A stretch of DNA of 25,037 nucleotides, taken from positions 1 to 25,037 of IMG/VR virus record IMGVR_UViG_3300045988_138129, one strand, 5' to 3'. Below the pieces are notes generated by a model. It ran no database searches. It was given only the letters and a program-made list of their open reading frames with translations, and was not told the DNA's origin. Within the stretch, counting starts at the first letter, position 1; each line of letters opens with the position of its first letter. Both the position numbers and the translations under genes were made by a program. This document shows positions 8,240 through 17,081 of this stretch, piece after piece. This DNA is from a virus (taxonomy: Duplodnaviria > Heunggongvirae > Uroviricota > Caudoviricetes).

Positions 8240-8869
8240 ATGAATGCACAATACAATGAAATTCTTCGCTTTATACGCAATATGATTCGCACTGGCATTA
8301 TCGTCGAAACCGACCTTAATGCCGGTCGCTGCCGTGTGCAGACCGGCGGCATGTGCACCGACTGGCTTCAGTGGCTGACCCATCGCGCCGGTCGTTCGCG
8401 CACATGGTGGGCACCTTCCGTGGGGGAACAGGTGCTGATTCTGGCCGTGGGCGGTGAACTCGACACGGCGTTCGTTCTGCCGGGGATTTATTCCGGCGAT
8501 AACCCCGCGCCGTCGGCGTCGGCGGATGCCCTGCATATCCGTTTCCCTGACGGGGCGGTGATTGAGTATGAACCTGAAACCAGTGCACTCACGGTAAGCG
8601 GAATTAAAACGGCCAGCGTGACGGCTTCTGATTCTGTTACTGCCACGGTGCCGGTGGTCATGGTGAAAGCATCAACCCGCGTCACCCTGGACACACCGGA
8701 GGTGGTCTGCACCAACAAGCTGATTACCGGCACGCTGGAAGTGCAGAAGGGCGGGACGATGCGCGGCAACATTGAACACACCGGCGGTGAACTTTCATCA
8801 AACGGGAAGGTACTGCATACCCATAAACACCCCGGCGACAGCGGCGGCACAACCGGGAGTCCTCTATGA
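8240..8869 (+). CDS. V: Baseplate spike / assembly protein gpV
   Basis: MNAQYNEILRFIRNMIRTGIIVETDLNAGRCRVQTGGMCTDWLQWLTHRAGRSRTWWAPSVGEQ... matches P2 gpV. The ORF-track start at 8162 is an upstream extension. Confidence 0.93.
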   Translation: MNAQYNEILRFIRNMIRTGIIVETDLNAGRCRVQTGGMCTDWLQWLTHRAGRSRTWWAPSVGEQVLILAVGGELDTAFVLPGIYSGDNPAPSASADALHIRFPDGAVIEYEPETSALTVSGIKTASVTASDSVTATVPVVMVKASTRVTLDTPEVVCTNKLITGTLEVQKGGTMRGNIEHTGGELSSNGKVLHTHKHPGDSGGTTGSPL

Positions 8870-9213
8870 CAGCGCGTTATCTCGGAATGAATCGCAGTGA
8901 TGGCCTGACGGTCACTGACCTTGAGCATATCAGCCAGAGTATCGGCGATATCCTGCGCACACCGGTCGGCTCACGGGTGATGCGTCGTGATTACGGCTCG
9001 TTGCTGGCATCAATGATTGACCAGCCGCAGACCCCGGCGCTTGAGTTGCAGATTAAGGTCGCCTGTTACATGGCAGTGCTGAAATGGGAACCCCGCGTCA
9101 CCCTGTCATCCGTCACCACGGCGCGCAGTTTTGACGGGCGAATGACGGTCACGTTAACCGGTCAGCACAACGACACCGGCCAGCCACTTTCGTTAACCAT
9201 CCCTGTGAGTTGA
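8866..9213 (+). CDS. W: Baseplate assembly protein gpW
   Basis: 115 aa, MTARYLGMNRSDGLTVTDLEHISQSIGDILRTPVGSRVMRRDYGS...; gpW/gp25-like baseplate wedge protein; ATGA overlap with V. Confidence 0.93.
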   Translation: MTARYLGMNRSDGLTVTDLEHISQSIGDILRTPVGSRVMRRDYGSLLASMIDQPQTPALELQIKVACYMAVLKWEPRVTLSSVTTARSFDGRMTVTLTGQHNDTGQPLSLTIPVS

Positions 9214-9217
9214 AACC

Positions 9218-10126
9218 ATGCCGATTATCGACCTGAACCAGCTACCCGCACCGGATGTGGTCGAGGAGCTGGACTTTGAAACCATTCTTGCCGAACGCAA
9301 GGCGACACTGATTTCCCTTTACCCGGAAGACCAGCAGGAGGCGGTCGCCCGTACCCTGACGCTTGAATCTGAGCCTCTCGTCAAACTGCTGGAGGAAAAT
9401 GCTTATCGTGAGCTTATCTGGCGTCAGCGTGTGAATGAGGCCGCACGGGCGGTGATGCTGGCCTGTGCTGCCGGTAATGACCTTGATGTGATTGGTGCCA
9501 ATTACAACACCGCGCGCCTGATTATCACCCCGGCAGATGATTCGACCCTCCCGCCGACACCGGCCGAGATGGAATCTGACACCGATTATCGTCTGCGTAT
9601 TCAGCAGGCGTTTGAAGGTTTAAGCGTCGCCGGGTCGGTGGGGGCCTATCAGTATCATGGTCGAAGTGCCGACGGGCGTGTCGCAGATATCTCTGTCACC
9701 AGTCCTTCTCCGGCCTGCGTCACCATCTCTGTGCTGTCACGTGAAAATAACGGTGTCGCATCCGAAGACCTGCTGGCGGTGGTGCGTAACGCCCTTAATG
9801 GCGAGGACGTCAGGCCGGTAGCCGACCGCGTGACCGTGCAGTCTGCCGCCATCGTTGAATACCAGATAAACGCCACGCTTTACCTTTACCCTGGTCCCGA
9901 AAGCGAACCCATCCGCGCTGCCGCCGTGAAAAAACTGGAAGCGTACATCACGGCACAGCACCGGCTGGGGCGCGACATCCGTCTGTCTGCCATTTATGCC
10001 GCTTTGCATGTGGAAGGCGTGCAGCGTGTCGAACTGGCTGCACCACTGGCCGACATTGTGCTCAACAGTACGCAGGCGTCTTTCTGTACCGAATACCGCG
10101 TCGTGACCGGAGGCTCGGATGAGTGA
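9218..10126 (+). CDS. J: Baseplate assembly protein gpJ
   Basis: 302 aa, MPIIDLNQLPAPDVVEELDFETILAERKATLISLYPEDQQEAV...; P2 gpJ position and sequence. Confidence 0.93.
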   Translation: MPIIDLNQLPAPDVVEELDFETILAERKATLISLYPEDQQEAVARTLTLESEPLVKLLEENAYRELIWRQRVNEAARAVMLACAAGNDLDVIGANYNTARLIITPADDSTLPPTPAEMESDTDYRLRIQQAFEGLSVAGSVGAYQYHGRSADGRVADISVTSPSPACVTISVLSRENNGVASEDLLAVVRNALNGEDVRPVADRVTVQSAAIVEYQINATLYLYPGPESEPIRAAAVKKLEAYITAQHRLGRDIRLSAIYAALHVEGVQRVELAAPLADIVLNSTQASFCTEYRVVTGGSDE

Positions 10127-10649
10127 TTCGCGCCTGCTGCCGACCGGCTCATCACCGCTTGAAGTCGCCGCCGCAAAAGCCTGTGCGGAAATTGAAAAAA
10201 CGCCGGTCAGTATTCGTGATCTGTGGAACCCGGATACCTGTCCGGCAAATCTGCTGCCGTGGCTGGCGTGGGCGTTTTCGGTCGACAGGTGGGATGAAAA
10301 GTGGCCGGAAGCGACCAAACGCGCCGTTATTCGCGATGCCTATTTCATCCACTGTCATAAAGGCACTATAGGTGCAATCCGGCGTGTGGTGGAGCCGCTG
10401 GGCTATCTCATCAACGTGACGGAGTGGTGGGAAACCAGTGACCCGCCAGGCACCTTCCGGCTTGATATTGGCGTACTGGAAAGCGGCATCACAGAGGCAA
10501 TGTATCAGGAAATGGAACGGCTTATTGCTGATGCCAAACCTGCAAGCCGTCATCTTATTGGCCTGAACATTACCCGGGATATTCCCGGCTACCTGTTCGC
10601 CGGTGGTGTGGCTTACGACGGCGATGTAATTACGGTTTACCCCGGATAA
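10119..10649 (+). CDS. I: Baseplate / tail fiber-associated protein gpI
   Basis: 176 aa, MSDSRLLPTGSSPLEVAAAKACAEIEKTPVSIRDLWNPDTCPANLLPWLAWAFSVDRW...; P2 gpI. Confidence 0.92.
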   Translation: MSDSRLLPTGSSPLEVAAAKACAEIEKTPVSIRDLWNPDTCPANLLPWLAWAFSVDRWDEKWPEATKRAVIRDAYFIHCHKGTIGAIRRVVEPLGYLINVTEWWETSDPPGTFRLDIGVLESGITEAMYQEMERLIADAKPASRHLIGLNITRDIPGYLFAGGVAYDGDVITVYPG

Positions 10650-10659
10650 GTGAGGAATA

Positions 10660-12750
10660 ATGAGCACAAAATTCAAAACCGTTATCACCACTGCCGGTGC
10701 AGCAAAGCTGGCAGCGGCAACCGCACCGGGAGGGCGGAAGGTCAACATTACCACGATGGCCGTCGGGGATGGCGGTGGTAAATTGCCTGTCCCGGATGCC
10801 GGACAGACCGGGCTTATCCATGAAGTCTGGCGACATGCGCTGAACAAAATCAGCCAGGACAAACGAAACAGTAATTATATTATCGCAGAGCTGGTTATTC
10901 CGCCGGAGGTGGGCGGTTTCTGGATGCGTGAACTTGGCCTGTACGATGATGCGGGAACGCTAATTGCCGTGGCGAACATGGCCGAAAGTTATAAGCCAGC
11001 CCTTGCCGAAGGCTCAGGGCGTTCGCAGACCTGCCGCATGGTCATCATCGTCAGCAGTGTGGCCTCAGTGGAGCTGACCATTGACACCACAACGGTGATG
11101 GCAACGCAGGATTACGTTGATGACAAAATTGCAGAACATGAACAGTCACGACGTCACCCTGACGCCTCGCTGACCGCAAAAGGTTTTACTCAGTTAAGCA
11201 GTGCGACCAACAGCACGTCTGAAACACTGGCTGCAACTCCGAAAGCGGTTAAGGCCGCATATGACCTTGCTAACGGGAAATATACCGCACAGGACGCTAC
11301 CACCGCGCGAAAAGGCCTTGTTCAGCTCAGTAGTGCGACTAACAGCACGTCTGAAACGCTCGCCGCAACGCCGAAAGCGGTAAAGGCAGCATATGACCTT
11401 GCTAACGGGAAATACACTGCACAGGATGCCACAACAGCGCGAAAAGGCCTTGTTCAGCTCAGTAGCGCCACCAACAGCGATTCTGAAACGCTTGCGGCAA
11501 CGCCAAAGGCGGTTAAGACAGCATATGACCTTGCTAACGGGAAATACACTGCACAGGATGCCACCACGGCGCGAAAAGGTCTTGTCCAGCTCAGTAGCGC
11601 CACCAACAGTGATTCTGAAACGCAGGCTGCAACGCCAAAGGCGGTGAAGTCTGCCTATGACAATGCTGAAAAACGTCTTCAGAAAGATCAGAACGGTGCG
11701 GATATTCCGGGAAAGGATACCTTCACGAAAAATATCGGTGCCTGTCGTGCTTATAGCGGCGCTTTGAGCACTGAAGCCGGAAACTGGACAACCGCTCAGT
11801 TTATTGAATGGCTGGATTCCCGTGGTGCATTTAATCATCCGTACTGGATGTGCAAAGGCTCCTGGTCATATGCAAATAACAAAATCATTACGGATACTGG
11901 CTGTGGCAATATTCATCTTGCTGGCGCTGTTATTGAGGTAATGGGCATAAAGTCTGCAATGACTATTCGTATTACCACACCAACAACATCAAGCGGTGGG
12001 GGCACTACAAGCGCGCAATTTACTTATATTAACCACGGGGACAACTATGCTCCTGGCTGGCGGCGTGACTGGAACCGTTACGGCGATTCTATGTCTGGAA
12101 CTATTAATCAGGATAGTGGAAGCCAGAATGCCTATATGTCTACGGCCTTATGTTCCGGCACCAGAGGCGGCAAAAAATATCTCAGAAAGTTTCGTGGTGG
12201 AGAAGGAGACACTATCTGGCATGAAACAGTACAGGGCGGGGTAATTCGCTGGGCGACAGGTAATACTGATGCTCAGGAAGAATTATCACTCAGCTCTGCT
12301 TATGGTCTTCGTTCAAGAGGTGAAATTACATCGCTCAGTGCTAATGGTCTGCGCATTGCTTATGGCAATTATGGATTCTTTATCAGGAATGATGGCGGCA
12401 GCACATATTTAATGCTGACGGCCTCTGGCGATAAATTTGGAACATGGAACGGTTTAAGACCGCTGACTATCAATAACGCCAATGGCGGAGTGTCAATGGG
12501 GCATGGCCTGAGTGTTACTGGACGTGTTAACCCATCAGATTACGGAAATTTTGATTCCCGCTATGTGAAAGATGTTCGCCTGGGTACGCGTGTTGTTCAG
12601 ACCATGCAAAAAGGCGTGATGTATGAGAAATCAGGCCATGTAATTACAGGGCTTGGCATTGTCGGCGAAGTTGATGGCGATGATCCGGCAGTATTCAGAC
12701 CAATACAAAAATACATTAATGGCACATGGTATAACGTCGCACAGGTGTAA
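10660..12750 (+). CDS. H: Tail fiber protein gpH, with an internal tandem-repeat shaft segment
   Basis: 696 aa; N-terminus MSTKFKTVITTAGAAKLAAATAPGGRKVNITTMAVGDGGG... is the conserved P2-type fiber anchor. The C-terminal third is AT-richer and likely the host-range-determining region. Confidence 0.92.
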   Translation: MSTKFKTVITTAGAAKLAAATAPGGRKVNITTMAVGDGGGKLPVPDAGQTGLIHEVWRHALNKISQDKRNSNYIIAELVIPPEVGGFWMRELGLYDDAGTLIAVANMAESYKPALAEGSGRSQTCRMVIIVSSVASVELTIDTTTVMATQDYVDDKIAEHEQSRRHPDASLTAKGFTQLSSATNSTSETLAATPKAVKAAYDLANGKYTAQDATTARKGLVQLSSATNSTSETLAATPKAVKAAYDLANGKYTAQDATTARKGLVQLSSATNSDSETLAATPKAVKTAYDLANGKYTAQDATTARKGLVQLSSATNSDSETQAATPKAVKSAYDNAEKRLQKDQNGADIPGKDTFTKNIGACRAYSGALSTEAGNWTTAQFIEWLDSRGAFNHPYWMCKGSWSYANNKIITDTGCGNIHLAGAVIEVMGIKSAMTIRITTPTTSSGGGTTSAQFTYINHGDNYAPGWRRDWNRYGDSMSGTINQDSGSQNAYMSTALCSGTRGGKKYLRKFRGGEGDTIWHETVQGGVIRWATGNTDAQEELSLSSAYGLRSRGEITSLSANGLRIAYGNYGFFIRNDGGSTYLMLTASGDKFGTWNGLRPLTINNANGGVSMGHGLSVTGRVNPSDYGNFDSRYVKDVRLGTRVVQTMQKGVMYEKSGHVITGLGIVGEVDGDDPAVFRPIQKYINGTWYNVAQV
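11185..11658 (+). repeat. In-frame tandem repeat inside H, ~3.6 copies of a 132-bp (44-aa) unit
   Basis: Unit boundaries at 11185, 11317, 11449 and 11581. Encoded unit (F/L)(T/V)QLSSATNS(T/D)SETLAATPKAVKAAYDLANGKYTAQDATTARKG. Minus-strand ORF 11194..11838 and short plus ORFs here are repeat-generated shadows. Confidence 0.9.
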
Positions 12751-12753
12751 TTT

Positions 12754-13281
12754 ATGCAGCATTTAAAAAATATTACTGCGGGTAATCCCAAAACTGTTGC
12801 CCAATATCAACTGACAAAAAATTTTGATGTTATCTGGTTATGGTCTGAAGACGGAAAAAACTGGTATGAGGAAGTAAGTAATTTTCAGGAAGACACGATA
12901 AAGATTGTTTACGACGAGAATAATATAATTGTCGGCATCACCAGAGATGCTTCAACGCTTAACCCTGAAGGTTTTAGCGTTGTCGAGGTTCCTGATATTA
13001 CCGCCAACCGACGTGCTGATGACTCAGGTAAATGGATGTTTAAGGATGGTGCCGTGATTAAGCGGATTTATACGGCAGACGAACAGCAGCAACTGGCAGA
13101 ATCACAAAAGGCAACTTTACTTTCCGAAGCTGAATCCGTGATTTTGCCGCTGGAGCGCGCTGTCAGGCTGAATATGGCAACAGATGAGGAGCGCAGCCGA
13201 CTGGAAGCATGGGAACGCTACAGCGTTCTGGTCAGTCGTGTGGATCCTGCAAATCCTGAATGGCCGGAAATGCCGCAATAA
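12754..13281 (+). CDS. G: Tail fiber assembly chaperone gpG
   Basis: 175 aa, [41 protein letters not shown]...; Tfa-type fiber assembly protein immediately after H. Confidence 0.9.
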   Translation: MQHLKNITAGNPKTVAQYQLTKNFDVIWLWSEDGKNWYEEVSNFQEDTIKIVYDENNIIVGITRDASTLNPEGFSVVEVPDITANRRADDSGKWMFKDGAVIKRIYTADEQQQLAESQKATLLSEAESVILPLERAVRLNMATDEERSRLEAWERYSVLVSRVDPANPEWPEMPQ

Positions 13282-13326
13282 GTTGTATGAGCTGACATAC
13301 CTATAGCACAGAGTAAAGTCTAATCT

Positions 13327-13355
13327 GACAGTCCGCTCTGTGCCAAGAGCAGACG
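13327..13355. repeat. Near-palindromic site A (GACAGTCCGCT-ctgtgccaag-AGCAGAC), left boundary of the transporter cassette
   Basis: 7-bp arms GTCCGCT / AGCAGAC with one central mismatch, 10-nt core. Related to sites B (17003) and C (18008). Lies in the 315-bp gap between G and the BetT-like gene. Confidence 0.6.
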
Positions 13356-13596
13356 CTGGTAATTCGTGCCTAATATACTTCACTTAACTTATATCCCAGC
13401 TTTGATACAGATCATACAAATTAAATGCCCCAGTAATTGGCAGGCTGAGTAACTTAAAACTCCTTAGAATATAGGATGATTTGTATCGGCACTCATTCCA
13501 CCATGCATTCCGATTAATCCCGCATAGCCAGTTGAACTTTGCTACTCTGTGAGAGGTAGTACCTTCTATCCAGTGCGGATTTAATTAATGGAATAA

Positions 13597-15600
13597 ATGA
13601 TTATGAGTGAAAATGATACAACCCCAAAGAAGTCTACAAGCCAGGTTAACAAAGCGGTATTCTTTACATCTGCTTTGCTAATTTTCCTTCTTGTCGCCTT
13701 TGCCGCCGTATTCCCGGATGTCGCCGACAAAAATTTTAAACTACTTCAGCAACAAATCTTCACGAATGCCAGCTGGTTCTACATACTTGCTGTGGCCCTG
13801 ATTTTACTGAGCGTCACGTTCCTTGGACTCTCACGTTACGGTGATATAAAGCTGGGCCCAGACCATGCGCAGCCTGATTTCAGCTACCACTCCTGGTTCG
13901 CGATGCTTTTTTCGGCAGGGATGGGGATCGGCCTGATGTTCTTTGGCGTTGCCGAACCTGTGATGCATTATCTTTCGCCACCTGTCGGCACTCCAGAGAC
14001 CGTTGCGGCAGCGAAGGAAGCCATGCGCCTGACGTTCTTCCACTGGGGTCTGCACGCATGGGCAATTTATGCCATCGTGGCGCTGATTCTGGCCTTTTTC
14101 AGTTACCGTCACGGTCTGCCTTTAACGCTGCGTTCTGCGCTCTATCCCATTATCGGCGATCGCATTTACGGGCCTATAGGCCACGCGGTTGATATCTTCG
14201 CCGTGATAGGCACTGTCTTTGGCGTTGCAACATCGCTGGGTTACGGTGTATTGCAGGTGAATGCCGGTTTGAACCATCTTTTCGGCGTGCCCATCAATGA
14301 AACGGTACAGGTCATTTTGATCGTGGTCATCACGGGGTTAGCGACGATTTCGGTGGTGTCCGGCCTGGACAAGGGAATACGCATCCTGTCTGAGCTTAAT
14401 CTGGGCCTGGCGGTGTTGCTCCTGGCGCTGGTCTTGTGCCTGGGTCCCACTGTGCTTCTGCTGAAGTCATTTGTGGAAAATACGGGTGGTTATCTGTCGG
14501 AACTGGTGAGTAAAACGTTCAACCTTTACGCGTATGAACCCAAGTCGAGCAACTGGCTGGGGGGCTGGACATTATTATACTGGGGATGGTGGCTTTCATG
14601 GTCGCCGTTTGTAGGTATGTTCATTGCACGCGTTTCCCGCGGCAGGACAATTCGTGAGTTCGTGACTGGCGTGTTGTTTGTTCCCGCCGGCTTTACGCTC
14701 ATGTGGATGACGGTGTTTGGAAACAGCGCCATCTATCTCATCATGAACCAGGGCGCCACTGACCTCGCCAATACCGTTCAGCAGGATGTTGCGCTTGCCC
14801 TGTTTAATTTCCTGGAGCATTTCCCGTTCTCTTCCGTGCTGTCATTCATTGCAATGGCGATGGTCATCGTCTTCTTTGTAACGTCTGCTGATTCGGGGGC
14901 AATGGTTGTGGATACTCTGGCATCAGGTGGGGTGGCAAACACGCCCGTCTGGCAGCGAATTTTCTGGGCATTGCTCATGGGCGTTGTTGCTATTGCCCTG
15001 CTGATCGCAGGGGGGCTGAGTGCGTTGCAAACCGTAACGATAGCGAGTGCATTGCCCTTCTCAGTTATCTTATTAATATCCATATACGGACTGTTAAAAG
15101 CCCTGCGTCGGGATTTGACCAAGCGTGAAAGCCTTAGCATGGCGACTATTGCTCCTACGGCTGCACGTAACCCAATTCCTTGGCAGAGAAGGTTACGCAA
15201 TATCGCGTATTTGCCGAAGCGCTCTCTTGTGAAACGTTTTATGGACGACATTATCCAACCCGCCATGACGCTGGTTCAGGAGGAACTTAACAAGCAGGGA
15301 ACGATAAGCCACATCAGTGACGCCGCCGAGGATCGTATTCGCCTTGAAGTCGATTTGGGCAACGAGCTGAATTATATATATGAAGTGAGGCTTCGCGGGT
15401 ATAACTCACCGACCTTCGCGCTCGCTGCGCTGGATAATGATGAGCAGCAGAGTGAACAACATCGATATTATCGCGCTGAAGTCTATCTCAAAGAGGGCGG
15501 CCAAAATTATGATGTAATGGGCTGGAATCAGGAACAGCTGATTAATGACATACTGGACCAGTACGAAAAACACCTGCACTTCCTGCATCTGGTTCGTTAA
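13597..15600 (+). CDS. BCCT-family transporter, BetT-like (choline/betaine-type), full length with long C-terminal cytoplasmic domain
   Basis: 667 aa, ~12 hydrophobic helices. BCCT signature GWTLLYWGWWLSWSPFVGMFIARVSRGRTIREF. Conserved blocks resembling BetT at both ends (YGDIKLGP...AMLFSAGMGIGLMFFGVAEPV; QEQLINDILDQYEKHLHFLHL). Alternative start ATG at 13603. Confidence 0.85.
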   Translation: MIMSENDTTPKKSTSQVNKAVFFTSALLIFLLVAFAAVFPDVADKNFKLLQQQIFTNASWFYILAVALILLSVTFLGLSRYGDIKLGPDHAQPDFSYHSWFAMLFSAGMGIGLMFFGVAEPVMHYLSPPVGTPETVAAAKEAMRLTFFHWGLHAWAIYAIVALILAFFSYRHGLPLTLRSALYPIIGDRIYGPIGHAVDIFAVIGTVFGVATSLGYGVLQVNAGLNHLFGVPINETVQVILIVVITGLATISVVSGLDKGIRILSELNLGLAVLLLALVLCLGPTVLLLKSFVENTGGYLSELVSKTFNLYAYEPKSSNWLGGWTLLYWGWWLSWSPFVGMFIARVSRGRTIREFVTGVLFVPAGFTLMWMTVFGNSAIYLIMNQGATDLANTVQQDVALALFNFLEHFPFSSVLSFIAMAMVIVFFVTSADSGAMVVDTLASGGVANTPVWQRIFWALLMGVVAIALLIAGGLSALQTVTIASALPFSVILLISIYGLLKALRRDLTKRESLSMATIAPTAARNPIPWQRRLRNIAYLPKRSLVKRFMDDIIQPAMTLVQEELNKQGTISHISDAAEDRIRLEVDLGNELNYIYEVRLRGYNSPTFALAALDNDEQQSEQHRYYRAEVYLKEGGQNYDVMGWNQEQLINDILDQYEKHLHFLHLVR

Positions 15601-15607
15601 CAGCAAC

Positions 15608-15636
15608 ATGCCGCCACAGAGGCGGCATTTATTTAT
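15608..15636 (+). terminator. Rho-independent terminator after the BetT-like gene
   Basis: ATGCCGCC-acag-GGCGGCAT hairpin followed by TTATTTAT, 8 nt after the stop at 15600. Confidence 0.75.
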
Positions 15637-15663
15637 CCCGGCTGCAATATGAGGGAATGCAGA

Positions 15664-16941
15664 ATGATTTCACGCTGGAAATGGATGCTGAAGCAGACAT
15701 TTAAAAAACTATGGTTCAGGGCAACGTTATTCGCAATTGTCGCAATAATAACGGCCCTTTTATCAATTCTTTTTAAATCAATGATACCTGAGTCGGTTTC
15801 CGTGAAGGTTGGTGCGGAAGCAGTCGATAACATTCTGAACATACTGGCATCGAGTATGCTGGCAGTGACCACATTTTCGCTGAGCATCATGGTCACAGCC
15901 TACGGTTCAGCCACTACTAATGTGACTCCCAGAGCTACTCGTTTAGTTGTTGAAGACGTCACCACACAAAATGTACTGGCCACCTTCATCGGTTCTTTTC
16001 TCTTCAGTCTGGTAGGGATTATTGCCCTCAATATGGGAGCTTATGGAGAAAGGGGGAGAGTCATTTTATTCATTGTAACACTGGTTGTCATTGCCTTAAT
16101 CCTCATCACATTGCTTCGCTGGATACAGCATTTGACCTCTCTGGGGAGGGTTGGTGAGACAACGGCAAAAGTAGAACAGGCGGCCATCGAAACATTTATT
16201 GCGAGAGCAAGAAATCCCTGTCTCGGCGGATATCCATGGCTTGAGAACAATGAACAGCCGAAAGGAACGGTTGCAGTTTATCCGAAAAAGATTGGCTATG
16301 TTGAATATGTTGATATGGTGAAACTCAGCAAGCTGCTGACCAATGATCCCCGTCATGTATACCTCGTGGCGCAGCCGGGCAGTTTCATACATCCGTCCAC
16401 GCCAGTTTTGTACCTGAGTCAGGGCCAGGAGTCATCAATCAGCACCGATTTACTTGAGACGATTATTGTCTCGGATGTACGTTCATTTGCTCAGGACCCC
16501 CGATTTTGTCTTAGCGTCATGGCCGAAATAGCCTGCCGAGCCCTTTCCCCCGCAGTGAACGATCCTGGAACCGCCATTGATGTCATTGGCAGAGGTGTAC
16601 GTATACTTTCCGCTTACGCGCAGAATAAATCTGATGAAATAGAAGTGAAATATCCTTCTGTACATGTTGCACCACTTCAGAATAACGATCTACTTGAAGA
16701 CTTTTTCTCACCTGTTGCGCGCGATGGTGCCAGTATGAGGGAAATTCAGATAAGGGTCCTTAAAGGACTGTCGATGCTGAGTAAGGGTTGGCCTGGAATT
16801 TTTGCTGAAGCCGCACAAACCCTAGCATTTGAAACATTAGAGCATGCTACTCGTGCTGACCATATAGATTCTGACAGATATCTAATAAAATCAATTTATT
16901 ATAATTTATTTAGTGGCGAAGATTCTAATAAAAAACCATAG
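15664..16941 (+). CDS. Membrane protein with four N-terminal TM helices and a large cytoplasmic domain; DUF2254-like (family assignment from memory, uncertain)
   Basis: GAGGG RBS before the ATG at 15664 (MISRWKWMLKQ...); the ORF-track start at 15649 is less likely. Four hydrophobic helices in the first ~160 aa. Conserved-looking block SFAQDPRFCLSVMAEIACRALSPAVNDPGTAIDVIGRG. Confidence 0.75.
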   Translation: MISRWKWMLKQTFKKLWFRATLFAIVAIITALLSILFKSMIPESVSVKVGAEAVDNILNILASSMLAVTTFSLSIMVTAYGSATTNVTPRATRLVVEDVTTQNVLATFIGSFLFSLVGIIALNMGAYGERGRVILFIVTLVVIALILITLLRWIQHLTSLGRVGETTAKVEQAAIETFIARARNPCLGGYPWLENNEQPKGTVAVYPKKIGYVEYVDMVKLSKLLTNDPRHVYLVAQPGSFIHPSTPVLYLSQGQESSISTDLLETIIVSDVRSFAQDPRFCLSVMAEIACRALSPAVNDPGTAIDVIGRGVRILSAYAQNKSDEIEVKYPSVHVAPLQNNDLLEDFFSPVARDGASMREIQIRVLKGLSMLSKGWPGIFAEAAQTLAFETLEHATRADHIDSDRYLIKSIYYNLFSGEDSNKKP

Positions 16942-17002
16942 TTGCGGAGCAAGCGATACGGTTGTTGGCAAGTCAAGGGCAAAGCATTCGCGTGAGAGTG
17001 GG

Positions 17003-17027
17003 CGTCTGCTTTGTGCCAACAGCGGAC
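17003..17027. repeat. Near-palindromic site B (GTCTGCT-ttgtgccaac-AGCGGAC), between the convergent DUF2254-like and HNH genes
   Basis: Core 8/10 identical to site A in direct orientation. Its arms are the reciprocal variants of site A's arms (A: GTCCGCT/AGCAGAC; B: GTCTGCT/AGCGGAC). Confidence 0.6.
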
Positions 17028-17081
17028 ATTATAGATGGTATATGTAGAAAGTGAACATGCGTAGATTGTATGATTTAGCCG

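Noticed and set aside
10152-10862. 236-aa minus-strand ORF spanning the I-H junction
   Set aside because: Antisense to two tightly packed conserved structural genes, with no independent start signal; treated as a shadow ORF.
11185-11658. Regularly spaced direct repeats that could look like a CRISPR array or satellite
   Set aside because: The repeats are 132 bp, contiguous with no unique spacers, and in frame within the tail fiber gene H, where they encode a repeated 44-aa peptide.
11194-11838. 214-aa minus-strand ORF and short plus-strand ORFs (11201..11383, 11393..11647)
   Set aside because: These are alternative-frame or antisense shadows created by the tandem repeat inside H; no RBS, and the repetitive low-complexity translation mirrors the repeat.
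13306-13343. Inverted repeat GCACAGAG...CTCTGTGC after G as a possible terminator
   Set aside because: 8-bp stem with a 22-nt loop and no following T-run; it overlaps site A and is better explained as part of that palindromic site than as an intrinsic terminator.
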